From Octopus vulgaris (taxonomy: Eukaryota), in NCBI GenBank assembly GCA_951406725.2, contig OX597840.1, positions 11,594,001 through 11,658,000 on the forward strand: 64,000 nt of DNA, read 5' to 3'. Numbering within the stretch: position 1 is the first letter of the stretch; the number at the start of each line of letters is the position of its first letter. The translations under genes and the position numbers were made by a program. Below are positions 38,299-51,820 of this stretch, piece by piece. A model generated the notes under the pieces. It saw nothing but the letters and a program-made list of their open reading frames with translations. It was not told where the DNA came from and searched no databases.

Positions 38299-40819
38299 CT
38301 GAAAATATAACAATTACTAGTTTGGTGAGAGGAGGAGGAGGAGAGAAAGGAAGGAGGAAGAGGGGGAGGATAGGAGGTAGTGAGGAGGGGAGGGGAGGAG
38401 GAGGAAGTGAGAAAGGAGAGACAGAAAGAGGAAGAAGAGAGAGAGAAAGGAGGGAGAGAAGAAGGAAGAGGAGAGAAAGGAGGGAGAGAAGGAGGAAGAG
38501 GAGGAGGAGGAGAAAGAGGGAGAAAAGAGAAAGAGGAAGAGAGAGAAGGAAGGAGGAGAAAGAGGGAGAAAAGAGAAAGAGGAGGAGAGAGAAGGAAGAA
38601 GAGGAGGAGAAAGAGGAGGAGGTGTGAGAGGAGAAACGGGAGGCCGAGGAGGAAGAAGGGGAAGAGGAGAAAGAGGTAGGTAGACAGAGAGAGTGAGAGA
38701 GAGAGAGAGAGAGAAAAAGGGGTCAGTTTTTAAAGAAGTGTCCCCCACTTCTGAAGCAATAACTATTTTAATAATGTCAGCAATTAACAAAATCGTTTTA
38801 AAAGGTTTTCGAGGGTTTTTAAAACAAAAATTTTTTACAAACGCAAGGAAAAGCTACAGCAATTCATTAGTTTGAAAATATTAATTAATTTATTAATTAA
38901 TTACTTAATTAATTAATTTATTTAGTTAATTAGTTAATGTTGTGGTGATGTTGTCCGGCAAATGAACTTTCTAAATTAATAGCAGATTAATGGAACCACG
39001 GAAATTTTATTTTTAATAAAGTTTTTAGAAATTTTTTTGTATTTATTTTATTTATTTATTTTGGTGCATAAATCTGTTATTACGTCTTTATAACGATGTT
39101 TCAATTATATTAACGATGTTTATGATAACGAGCTGGAAAAAGTGAAAAAAAAAATTTAAGATTTAGCTGCATCGTATCTTGAGCAAGTATTTTCAACAGA
39201 AATATCCTAGTCATTTACCTTGCAGATCTTTCCATAACACCTGTCTGAATTCTTTTAATACCAACCCACCTGAGATCAAATCTGGTTCTATGATGAAAAT
39301 CTTCCTACCTTAAACTGATCTAAATTAAGACCTTCCATCCAAATTTCCTGCTAATTTTTGTTCCAAATACCAGGTTAATAAAAATAAAGTTTTACGGAGA
39401 TGTACTTGCATAGCAAGTGACCTGATCTGAGATTGTGTGCTGGAATGAAAACAATTACAGCGTGGAAGATGTTTATCTCTTTCGTTACCAACCCGGCCAA
39501 AACCGGCTCTGGCTCTGTAGTATAAATGTCTTGTTTTCATAAGTTCTGAGTTAAAATCTTCCACCAAACCTTAGTCACAATTTATGTTCCTAACACTAGC
39601 TGAATAGTAACTAAGTTATTTTACTAAATTCTTTGTTATATTTAAAATAATTGACAGAAACACTAAGTATCTCAAAATGAATACGGTAACGAAAGGGTTA
39701 TAAGCCATTTAAGAAACACACAAAAACCATTAGATTCACTTCAACATTTAAATTTAATTTGCCAAAATATTGTTGTCGCTTTGAGACTGCAACCTGTTCA
39801 CTGACAAAATTTCGTGCTGACAGAATTCACTGACAAAATTCAACGAACAGGTCGTGGTCTCAAAACGATGAAAATATTTTGGCTGAAACTAACGGTTTCT
39901 GTGTGTTTCTTAAATGGCCTATAAACACCTTCTACGCTGCAATAATAAAGTTATTTTACTAAATTCTTCCTTATTTTGAAAATTAATTACAACAAATGCA
40001 GTCTTATTTCAATAGTCATATGATTTAGCTTCCAGATCTTTCCATTTTGTTTGTCTCAACCCTTTTGATACCAACCCATCTGAGACCATTCTTGCTTCAT
40101 GTTTCTTTACTACCCACAAGGCGCTACACACAGAGGGGATAAACAAAGACAGACAAACAGATTAAGTCGATTATATTGACCCCAGTGCGTAACTGGTACT
40201 TATTTAATCGACCCGAAAGGATGAAAGGCAAAGTCGACCTCGGCGGAATTTGAACTTAGAACGTAGCGGCAGATGAAATACCTATTTCTTTACTACCCAC
40301 AAGGGGCTACACACAGAGGGGACAAACAAGGACAGACAAAAGGATTAAATTGATTATATTGACCCCCATTGCGTAACTGGTACTTATTTAATCGATCCCG
40401 AAAGGATGAAAGGCAAAGTCGACCTTGGCGGAATTTGAACTCAGAATGTAACGGCAGACGAAATACCGCTAAACATTTCGCCCAACGTGCTAACATGTCT
40501 GTCAGCTTGCCACCTTCATCTGAGACCATTCTTGCTTCTATGATACAAACCTCATGTTTTAAAATGACCTAAATAAAAACCTTCCATCAAAATTCCATGT
40601 TAATTTACGTTAATTTACGTTAATTTATGTTAATTTATGTTCCTGCTTAATAATGACAAAAAATTTTTACAAAATTCTTCATTATTTTCGAAATTAGCAG
40701 CAACAAAGGCAAGGCATTTCAATAGAAATACAGAAACCAAAGAATTAAATTTGGTAATTGCTAAAGTCTGCTGGCATTGCACTTGGTTTCTACAAAACCA
40801 AATTTCATCCATCGTGTCG

Positions 40820-41780
40820 GTGACACGTAAAAGCACCAACCGATCGTGGCTGTTTCCCAGCCTCGTCTGGCACCTGTGCTGGTGGCACGTAAAGAGCACC
40901 CACTACACTCTCGGAGTGGTTGGCATTACGAAGGGCATCCAGCTGTAGAAACACTGCCAGATCAAGACTGGAGCCTGGTGGAGCCTCCTGGCTTCCCAGA
41001 CCCCGGTCGAACCGTCCAACCCATGCTAGCATGGAAAACGGATGTTAAACGATGATGATGATGATATATATATATATATATCTGGCTCCCATGCCAGTGG
41101 CACATAAAAGCACCATCGTGCAGGTGGCACGTAAAAAGCACCCACTACACTCACGGAGTGGTTGGTGTTAGGAAGGGCATCCAGCCGTAGAAACACTGCC
41201 AGATCAAGATTGGAGCCTGGTGCAACCTTCTGGCTCCACAGACCCCAGTTGAACCGTCCAACCCACGCTAGCATGGAAAGCGGACGCTAAATGATGATGA
41301 TGATGATATGTCCCTCTCTCTCTTTTGGAGAGGCACTGAGCACCTACACACACATATACACACACGGGAGTAACTTCCACCTACCGAATTCAATCACAAA
41401 GCTTCGGTCGACTCGGGGCTATAGCATAAGACACATGCCCAAAATGCCACGCAGTGGGACTGAACCCGAAACCATGTAGCTAGGAAGCAAGCTCCCTAAC
41501 CACACGGCCATGCCCGCGCCTATACATACATATATATATATACGTGGTGGTTATGGCAATAATGATGATGATGATGATGGTAGTGGTGGTGGTGGTGGTG
41601 ATAACGATGTTTATAATGATGATGATGATGCTTTAGGCGTTAGGAAGGGCATCCAGCTGTAAAAACACTGCCAGATAAGACTGGAGCCTGGTGCAGCCTC
41701 CTGGCTTCCCAGACCCCCCGGTCGAACCATCCAACCCATGCTAACATGGAAAACGGACGTTAAACGATGATGATGATGAC
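40820..41780 (+). mobile_element. Three RTE-tailed SINE copies
   Basis: AAGCACCCACTACACTC..AGGAAGGGCATCCAGC..CCAACCCATGCTAGCATGGAAA.CGGACGTTAAACGATGATG. Also at 1555-1880, 46670-47180(-) and 54920-55330. Confidence 0.8.
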
Positions 41781-44700
41781 GACATCAATGAACCTGACAT
41801 TTGCTCAAGATAATACTCTCTCTCTCTCTCTCTCTTTTACTCTTTTACTTGTTTCAGCCATTTGACTGCGGCCATGCTGGAGTACCGCCTTTAGTCGAGC
41901 AAATCGACCCCGGGACATATTCTATCGGTCTCTTTTTGCCAAACCGCTAAGTGACGGGGATGTAAACACACCAGTATCGGTTGTCAAACAATGCTAGGGG
42001 GACAAATACAGACACACAAACATACACGCACACACACACACATATATATATATACATATGTACGACGGGCTTCTTTCAGTTTCCGTCTACCAAATCCACT
42101 CACAAGGCTTTGGTCGGCCCGGGGCTATAGCAGAAGACACTTGCCCAAGATGCCACGCAGTGGGACTGAACCCGGAACCATGTGGTTGGTAAACAAGCTA
42201 CTTACCACACAGCCACTCCTGCACTTATATATATACATATATACGACAGGCTTCTTTCAGTTTCCGTCAACCAAATCCACTCACAAGGCATTGGTCGGCC
42301 CGGGGCTATAGCAGAAGACACTTGCCCAAGGTGCCACGCAGTGGGACTGAACCCGGAACCATGTGGTTGGTTAGCAAGCCACTTACCACACAGCCACTCC
42401 TAATGTGCAGGGTAATTGAACTCAAGACCCCGTGGTTGCAAAAACAAACGTCTTAACCGCACGGCCGTCGCTGTGCCTGCGTCTGCTGCTGCGCCAATGA
42501 GTAAACCGCTAAATAAAGAAAAGCAGACGTGATGGGGCGGGGGGGATAATAGGGGGGGGGGGTCAGAATTCTCACCAAACCAGTCGCCGTTCTTTTCCCT
42601 CCTGTTGCAACAAGCCACAGAGATTTATTTACAAAAAAGTGAATAAGACACACAAAACTCATTGTTGCCACTGAAGGCAAACAATGTTTCCTCTTTTCAA
42701 GTTGGGTTTAGAAACGCCGCCCCCCTCTCTCTCTCTCTCTCTCTCTCCCTACCACACGGGGGCACCTCAGACCAGCGACCAAAATTGAGTGGAGCTGAAT
42801 TCTTACACCCGTCCACCCACCCTGTCCCACCTTCGTTACTCACATAATCTTCCTTTACACACACACACACACACAAACACATACATACACACGAAAACAT
42901 ATACATACACATGCACACACACATACACACGCACACACACATGCACAGACACACACACATGCACACAAAAAACATGCCCACGCACACACACTCACATATA
43001 CACACATGCACACGTACACACACACATGCACACACACATACACTTGCACGCACACACACATACACACACACATACACATATGCACGTACACATGAACATA
43101 CACACATGCACACACACCCATACACACACACGCACATATACACACACATGCACACACATACAAACACACACACACACACACACACATACATGCACAGACA
43201 CACACATACAAACACACATGCACACACACACACACATGCACACACGTACACACACACACACATACAAACATACTCACACACACACACACACACACACACA
43301 CAACACCATACTGTCAGGTCCAATGTAACTGTTCCGACAACCTGTTTGTCTACAATTGAAAATATCATTGTGTCATTCAACATTCTTTAATATATTTTTT
43401 TCCTTATATTTCTTCTTTTTTCTCTTTCTTTCTTTTTATCATTTATCTTTTTATTTATTTATTTATTTATTTTTGGTAAATGTTGACTCTGAGCTCAGAG
43501 ATTTCAACATTGTCTGCGACTGTCTTTACCGGTCGCAGAGTGGGGGTTGGCAATGCGGAAGAGACGCCCACCCAAAACAGCCACACTTGTTGGATTTTCA
43601 CGTGACCAACCACTACAAATCCTCACCCACGTTGGCCCCCAGATAAGGACTTTGCCATTTTTTTCCCCTGCTTCCTATTGTTACATCGCAAATATTGATC
43701 TCCGCACCGTCTCTCAAAACCCTAATCCTGCTCCTGACATCACTCATAATCCATAACAATACTCTTTACTCTTTTACTTGTTTCAGTCATTTGACTGCGG
43801 CCATGCTGGAGCACCGCCTTTAGTCGAGCAACTCGACCCCGGGACTTATTCTTTTGTAAGGCCCAGTACTTATTCTATCGGTCTCTTTTGCCGAACTGCT
43901 AAGTTACGGGGACATAAACACACCAGCATCGGTTGTCAAGCAATGCTAGGGGGACAAACACAAACACACAAACACACACATGCATATATATATATATACA
44001 TATATACGACTGGCTTCTTTCAGTTTCCGTCTATCAAATCCACTCACAAGGCTTTGGTCGGCCCGAGGCTATAGTAGAAGACACTTGCCCAAGATGCCAC
44101 GCAGTGGGACTGAACCTGGAACCATGTGGTTGGTAAACAAGCTACTTACCACACAGCCGCTCCTGGTTCAAAAAATATATATGTTCTAATTAAAAAGCGC
44201 AAATTTGTTTAGGCAGTAAGGAAATAGTAACTTCAGTTTATTAAAATAAGTTCCAGGTTCAATCCCACCACGTGGAACTTTGGTTATGTATCAACTACTA
44301 TAGCCCTGGGCTGACCACAGCTTTGAGTGAATTTGGTTGATGGAAACTGAAAGAAGCTCACCACACACATACATATGTGTGTGCATGTGTAGATGCAGCT
44401 GAGTGGTAAGATGTTTGCTTTCCAACCATTCTTCGAGGTAATGGCGATTTGACATCTATGTTTAGCATATAGGCTGTCCCCTTTTAGTGGTCAGTCCTCT
44501 AAATTTTGTATGTAGCACAATTTTTAATCTTTGATTTTTAAAAAATATGCTAAGCCACTGGTTTTAATTGATTAATATCAATTTCTACCCTTATTTAATT
44601 TTCATATATAAAAGGAGTGGCTGTGTGGTAAGTAGCTTGCTAACCAACCAAATGGTTCTGGGTTCAGTCCCACTGCGTGGCATCTTGGGCAAGTGTCTTC

Positions 44701-45540
44701 TGCTATAGCCCCGGGCCGACCAATGCCTTGTGAGTGGATTTGGTAGACGGAAACTGAAAGAAGCCTGTTGTATATATGTATATGTATATATGTATGTGTG
44801 TGTGTGTGTTTGCGTTTGTCCCCCCTAGCATTGCTTGACAACCGATGCTGGTGTTTACGTCCCCGTCACTTAGCGGTTCGGCAAAACAAGTAAAAGAGTA
44901 GAGTATATATATATATATAGAGAGAGAGATAGACAGACAGACAGACAGAGAAATAGATAGACAGACAGACAGATAGATAGATAAATGGATAGATGTATGG
45001 CGGATGGATGGATAGATTGACTGACAGACAGACATATAGATAGATATATAGATAAATAGCTAGCTAGCTAGATAGCTACATACATACATAGAGAGACAGA
45101 GGCAGATAGATAGACAGATAGATAGACAGATAGATAAATAAATAAATAAATAGGTAGATAGATTGATAGATAGAAAGATAGATATACAGACAGATAAACA
45201 GATTTTAATCAATGTAATTGTGAAACACTTAATCCCTTCTGTTCCATTTTGTTCAATCTTTACAAGTTCTTTATTGATTGAACTAGTTTGATCCCCTCTA
45301 TCAATCATTATTCCTGTAAATATAAAACGGGGTCAGAAACGTGTGTTCGATACCACCACCACCACCACCACCCCTCCCCCCTGCCTTCCTTACTTCATTG
45401 GTAAATTGTGTCGGATACAAACAGCTGTCAGTGACCTATTAATTCCTTTGCGTTTTAACTGATGGAGTCCTCAACTTCACCACGTGGATGTGCAACTGAC
45501 AAAACAAAGCAATGTTTTCAAGAGACTCAATTTGAAACGG

Positions 45541-45585
<45 letters not shown>

Positions 45586-45770
45586 TGAGTAAGAAAACAG
45601 TATGGACGGATTTTTGGAGTCCAATAATACCCTGTACACCTATTTGATTATGAAGATTTGCAAACATACTTTCCCAATGATACTCAGTTTACCTTCCATT
45701 ATAAACAATACCAAATGTTCTTTCTCAAACCTTTCATAATGTGATACAAGTCTTTGGTGTAGCAATTGCA

Positions 45771-45865
45771 CGCGGCTGAAGAAGGCTCTTGAACTATCTG
45801 TTATGTTGATTATGCATTGATGTAAAAATAAGTTGTTCTATAAAGCCTGAAACATATGTACCACG
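45771..45865 (+). ncRNA. Minimal hammerhead motif, second copy of the 19500 family
   Basis: CGCGG-CTGAAGA-AGGCT..AAAGCCT-GAAAC-ATAT-GTA-CCACG, with one mismatch in stem I. Confidence 0.65.
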
Positions 45866-45902
45866 ACGTCCTTTGCATCCTGTTTTTAATTTTATTTCAT
45901 TT

Positions 45903-45958
<56 letters not shown>

Positions 45959-46116
45959 TGCAGGAGTGGATTGTGGTAAGTAGGTTGCTAACCAACCACA
46001 TGGTTCCGGGTTCAGTCCCACTGCGTGGCATCTTGGGCAAGTGTTTTCTACTATAGCCTCGGGCCAACCAAAGCCTTGTGAGTGGATTTGGTAGACGGAA
46101 ACTGAAAGAAACCTGT

Positions 46117-46168
<52 letters not shown>

Positions 46169-46312
46169 CATACTTGTGCTCCTGTAGAATTTGATGGATG
46201 GATTGATCTAACGTACAGTGTCACCATTCGATCACTCCAAGCAAATATTCTGTGCAGGTTATTCAGCAAGAGATTACAGAATCCACATCTGTCATTCATA
46301 ACAGAAGAGTCC

Positions 46313-46344
<32 letters not shown>

Positions 46345-47319
46345 TCACACACACACACACACACACACGCACACATACACACACTCACATACACGCACTC
46401 ACACACATACACACACTCACAAACACACACTCACATACACACACACACACTCACACATTAGTAACAAACTAAAGCAGGAGTGATCAACAATACTATATTG
46501 ACAGATAATTAATTTGCTTCTGATTGCAGTGTCGTTAACGAGATGCTCATGGTTTCATGTAATTATAATCACAGCATTGATTAAAATAACAGCATTCCTG
46601 ACTGACTCGTTTCGAAAGAAAAACAATTAAGGGTTAAAATGACTTCGATTAATTAGAGATGTTCGTTTGTCTCGTTTAACGTCTGCTTTCCATGCTAGCA
46701 TGGGTTGGACGATTTTGACTGAGGGCTGGCGAACCAGATGGCTGCACCAGGCTCCAATCTTGATCTGGCAGAGGAGTTTCTACAGCTGGATGCCCTTCCT
46801 AATGCCAACCACTTCGAGAGTGTAGTGGGTGCATTTTACGTGCCACCGGCATGGGGGCCAGTCAGGCTTTACTGGCAAGGACCTGCTCGAATCTTTTTAC
46901 ACATGCCACCAGCACAGGTGCCAGTAAGGCGACGTCGGTAACGATCATGCTTGAATGGTGCCCTTTTACGTGCCACCAGCATGGGGGCCAGTCAGGCGGT
47001 ACTGGCAACGACCACGCTTGAATCTTTTTACACATGCCACCAGCATGGGTGCCAGTAAGGCGACGTTGGTAACGATCATGCTTGAATGGTGCCCTTTACG
47101 TGCCACCAACACGGAAGCAGGTTGGCTTCTCTGGTAACGATCACGCTCGGATGGTGCTCTTGGCACCCTACTAGCACGGGTACAAGTTATGTTCCTAACA
47201 CTAGCTGAATGATGACTAAATTATTTTACTAAATTCTTTGTTATATTTAAAGTAATTGAAAGAAACACTGAACATCTCAAAATAAATACAGCAACGAAAG
47301 GGTTAAAGGTCTGTGTATT

Positions 47320-48135
47320 ATAAATCAGAGGGAAAACAAGATGATGGCTGTGAGTTTTGAAGGGCAGCAGTTTGAGGAAAGAAGCTATTAGACTAACAGG
47401 ACTTGTGACTAACAGGGAGCTCAAAAGAGAAACGATGCACCTGGGAAGGGAAATGGGTGATACCTGGGAAGAGAAGCTGATCACACAAATGTGTTGAGAG
47501 AGGATACAAGACGAGAAAGTTCATCAGATTAATGACCATGGAAATAATTAAAGAAAAGGCACAGTGAAGATACATTTTGATGATGGGCCAAAGAATCCAA
47601 CCCAGAAGAAAAAGAAAACCCATCTTATTAACAACTGATTCTGATTTTGAAAACAAGATGATGGTAATGAGTTCCAAAGAGCAGCAATTCTTGGAAAGAA
47701 ATTGTTGGAATAAAAGGATGTATGACCAACAGGAAGCTCAACTGTGAAACAATGAACCTGGGAAGAGAAGCTGATGACACAATTAAGCGTTGAGAGAGGA
47801 TACAATACCAGAAAGTTCATCAGATTAATGACCATGGAAATAATTATGAAGACACATTTTGATGATGAGCCAAAGACGCCAGCCCAGAAGAAGAAAACCC
47901 ATCATATCAACAATTGATTCTGATTTTGAAAACAAGATGATGGTAATGAGTTCCAAAGAGAAGTAATTCTTGGAAAGAGGTTATTGGAATAACAGGATTT
48001 ATGACCAACAGGAAACTCAACTGAGAAACGATGAACATGGGAAGAGAAGCGGATGAAACAAAGGAGCTGAGAGAGGATACAAGACCAGAAAATTCATCAG
48101 AGTAGGGACCATGAAAATGCTTAAAGACACATTTT
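47320..48135 (-). mobile_element. Tandemly amplified, decayed CR1/L2-type LINE 3' fragments (~290-bp units)
   Basis: SNNFFPRIAALWNSLPSSCF motif. AAAACAAGATGATGG recurs at ~47333, 47651 and 47930. Confidence 0.65.
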
Positions 48136-48360
48136 GAAGCGATCATAACAGCTGATGTACTTGCGCATACAAATGCACGTTCCCACGGCTTTATCGATCG
48201 CATTCTCACCTGGAATCGATTTTGGTAATTTTTTCAAGACTTATACACACCCTGATGCCGTCAGTATCTACATATCAAATCTGAGCGCAATCAGAAGGAG
48301 GATGCCCGAGATCCTAGAAGACACACAGACAGACAGACAGAACGGATTTTATATAATAGA
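48135..48360 (-). mobile_element. Non-autonomous Helitron-like 5' fragment
   Basis: The minus strand starts A|TCTATTATATAAAA followed by (CTGT)n, typical of Helitron 5' ends. Confidence 0.5.
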
Positions 48361-48673
48361 TATACATATATACATATACGTGTATGTGTATGTGTGTGTG
48401 TGCATGCATGAGCACACGTCTGTGTGTGTATGTATATGTATGTATATGTGTAACAGTATAAGGTGATGTTGGGTTGCATCCCTTTTATGTAAAAGAAAAA
48501 ACAAATAGTGACTTAGTGCACTGCCAAACAGAGATCAATAAAATAAGTACTAAACTGAAATAAGAACCATGCCTCGATCGTGTAAAAAGACCCTTGAAGG
48601 CAGTGCTCCAGTATGGGCGTAGTCCAACGACTGGCGCCAGTAACGGTTTAGAAGTAAGAATATCTGGTAATAC

Positions 48674-48781
48674 CTTCTTGAGCAGCTAATTCCAAGCCAT
48701 CCTGGTCAAGTTCCAACTCAGCCTCTTCGCAAACAGAATCGTAATCGCCCGCCGAACCTTCGCTGTATTCTTCAAAACTTC
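48674..48781 (-). CDS. Probable upstream coding exon of the RhoGAP (acidic N-terminus)
   Basis: tttcctttctctcttcag|...GAAG|gtatta. 108 nt, phase 1-1. Translates GSFEEYSEGSAGDYDSVCEEAELELDQDGLELAAQE and splices in frame to 5142 (ELNKEE). LELDQDGLE loosely recalls human ARHGAP1 LTLDDTSE. Confidence 0.72.
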
Positions 48782-49345
48782 CTGAAGAGAGAAAGGAAAT
48801 AGTGTTATTAGTACAACGGTTTTTTGCAGTGTCAACATCACCACCAGCGTCAGCATCATCATCAACACCATCACCACAACCACCATTACCATCTCCACCA
48901 CTACCTTCAAGAATTTGGACCTGGAGATCTCCATTCCCAGCGACTTCGAGGACCACCTCCCAGTGGTGTCAGGTATCAATGAAGAGCCCTCGACTACAAG
49001 ACAACCAAACTTGTTTTTTTCCAAGGTCTGGGGTCTCCCGCCCCTAAGCCCTAGACCATCACCTAATCACCCTTACCCGCCTTGTTGCTTAACAACAACA
49101 ACCACTACCACCACTGTTATTGTCAATGCCACTACTGCAATCAAACTGATTATATACTCAACAAATGCAGCAGTTACTCTGTGAAGGAATCCCTAATTTG
49201 CATACTGAAAGTGTTTAACACTATAAATACCAGTGGCCTATCAACAGGGATCTTAGTCCACACAGTATCAAGGTATGATATAATGTGTATCTAACGTATG
49301 GTATAATTATAAACAGGGAAAATTTTTAGCCATTTCTCCGTAGAC

Positions 49346-49386
<41 letters not shown>

Positions 49387-49766
49387 AGAGGTACTTACAT
49401 AGCAAGTGACCTGATCTGAGATCGTGTGCTGGAATGAAAACAATTGCAGCGTGGAAGGTGTTTATAAGCCATTTAAGAAACACACAAAAGCCATTAGATT
49501 CACTTCAACATTTAAATTTAATTTGCCAAAATATTTTCGTTGCTTTGAGACCGTGACCTGTTCACTGAAAAGACTGCGTGCTGTATCATATATACATATA
49601 TATATATGTAGGAGTGGGTGTGTAGTAAGTAGCTTGCTTGTCAACAACATGGTTCTGGGTTCAGTCCCACTGCGTGGCACCTTGGGCAAGTGTCTTCTAC
49701 TATAGCTTCGGGCTGACCAAAGCCTTGTGAGTGGATTTGGTAAACGGAAACTGAAAGAAGCCCGTC

Positions 49767-49799
<33 letters not shown>

Positions 49800-50026
49800 C
49801 ATGTGTGTGTATATGTTTGTATGTCTGTGTTTGTCCCCCAACATTGCTTGACAACCGATGCTGGTGTGTTTACGTCCCTGTAACATAGTGGTTCGGCAAA
49901 AAGTGACCGATAGAATAAGTACTAGGCTTACAAAGAATAAGCCATGGGGTCCATTTGCTCGACTAAAAGGCGGTGCTCCAGCATGGCCACAGTCAAATGA
50001 ATGAAACAAGTAAAAGAGTAAAAGAG

Positions 50027-50054
<28 letters not shown>

Positions 50055-50057
<3 letters not shown>

Positions 50058-50358
50058 ATCACGTGACCTACCAGGCTATCAGATGTTGTTACACATCACT
50101 GGTCACAATGCGCTTCACATTGTTTTAGCCTTCAAATGACGCCATCCCGCTGGCTAAGCGAGCAGGCCAACAGAACAAAGAGTGGGAGAAAGTTGTGGCG
50201 AAAGAGTACAGCAGGGATCGCCACCACCACCTGCCGGAGCCTCGTAGAGCTTTGGGTGTTTTCGCTCAATAAACACTCACAACGCCCGATCTGGGAATCG
50301 AAACTGCGATCCTACGACCGCAAGTCTGCTGCCCTAACAACTAGGCCATTGCACCTCC
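50055..50358 (-). mobile_element. tRNA-derived SINE family 4
   Basis: Minus-strand head GGAGGTGCAATGGCCTAGTTGTTAGGGCAGCAGAC..GTTTCGATTCCC. Confidence 0.7.
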
Positions 50359-51176
50359 ACACACACATATATATATGCAACATATGGTATAATTATAAAC
50401 TGGGCAATGACTTTGGTCATTTCTCCACAGACTGAAAACATAATGAATAACCTGATTGATTTTCAAACCTTATTGGGTTATGTCTCTGTAGATTCCATCT
50501 ACTAAATTCTAGCCACAAACAATTGTGGAAGATACCTGTTGTAGGTGAGATTGAATCTGGAAAAACGTCAGTTATGAAGCAAAGCACTTACCAACACAGC
50601 CACAAACATATTTACGCCCACATCGCAAAAAAAAAACTTCGCTCGGGTTTAGATTTACAGCAACTGGGATGGGCAGTTGAGTATTTTTTTTTAAATGTTA
50701 TTTTCGGTTTTTTTGTGGGTTTTTTTTAAAGTCTTTTTTGTTCATTTTGTATGAGAGTCACAGATCACGAGATTCCAAAATTGTGAATTGAAAAGCAGAT
50801 GAATACGTTTACAATGCGCTTAGCCAAGATGCCTAGAATATTTAGTTTCTGGGTCATCAATTAACTAGGCCGTCCTCCTCGTCATATCGTAGCCACATTC
50901 GTTACTACAAAGTATTGGTTTCGTGTATATTTTCTCATGTGAAATAACTTGTCTTTAACTGAAACAGAGAAGGCCTTCTCTTTGTACTGGCAGTGGTGGT
51001 GGTGGTCGTGGTTTGACCTCACTGGCTAGAAATAGCAACTAGATCACAGTCAGTTGAAGTACAAAAGAAAAGAAAAAGGAAGGACACATTGTATAATGTA
51101 GTCCCTGGTATATTATGCCTAGAAAAAGAGAATGACGGGGTCATTAGGGCCTGACTACCTTTGACAACAGAACTGT

Positions 51177-51820
51177 TTAACCCTTTTGATACCAACCCGA
51201 CTGAAACCACCCCTGGCTCTGGGTACAAATGTCTTGTTTTTATAAGTTTTGAATTAAAATCTTCCACCAAACCTTAGTCACAATTTATGTTCCTAACACT
51301 ATCTAAATGTTTTATAAATTTACTAAAGTTATTTTACTAAATTCTTTGTTATATTTAAAATTAATTGAAAGAAACACAGAGCATCTCAATAGAAATATGG
51401 TAACAAAAGGGTTAACAAATGATTAATTTAACCCTTTTGATACCAACCCGACTGAAACTGGCTCTGGCTCTGGGTTCAAATGTCTTGTTTTCATAAGCTT
51501 TGAATTAAAATCTTCCAGCAAACCTTAGTCACAATTTATGTACCTAACACTAGCTGAATGATAAAGTTATTTTACTAAATTCTTTGTTATATTTAACCCT
51601 TTTGATACCAACCCGACTGAAACCACCTCTGGCTCTCTAGTACAAAATGTTTTGTTTTCATAAGTTTTGAATTAAAATCTTCCACCAAACCTTAGTCACA
51701 ATTAGTCCTAACACTAGCTTAAATGATAACTAAGTTATTTTACTAAATTCTTTGTTAGATTTAAAGTAATTGGAAGAAACACAGAGCATCTTAACAGAAA
51801 CATGGTAACGAAAGGGTTAA
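51177..51820 (-). mobile_element. Second cluster of three piggyBac-type MITEs, opposite in orientation to 7868-8591
   Basis: TTAA-CCCTTTTGATACC..AAAGGG-TTAA. The middle copy is cut at an internal TTAA (51593). Partial copies lie at ~39480-39700 and 47187-47305. Confidence 0.8.

Noticed and set aside
42844-42852. Possible 9-nt microexon (aag|GAAGATTAT|gtgagt, minus strand)
   Set aside because: The donor is good, but the acceptor is AAG preceded by (TG)n with no pyrimidine tract, so it is unsupported.
48782-48956. ORF extension upstream of exon 48674-48781
   Set aside because: It runs through low-complexity GGT/GAT repeats and a strong polypyrimidine acceptor, so it is best read as intron.
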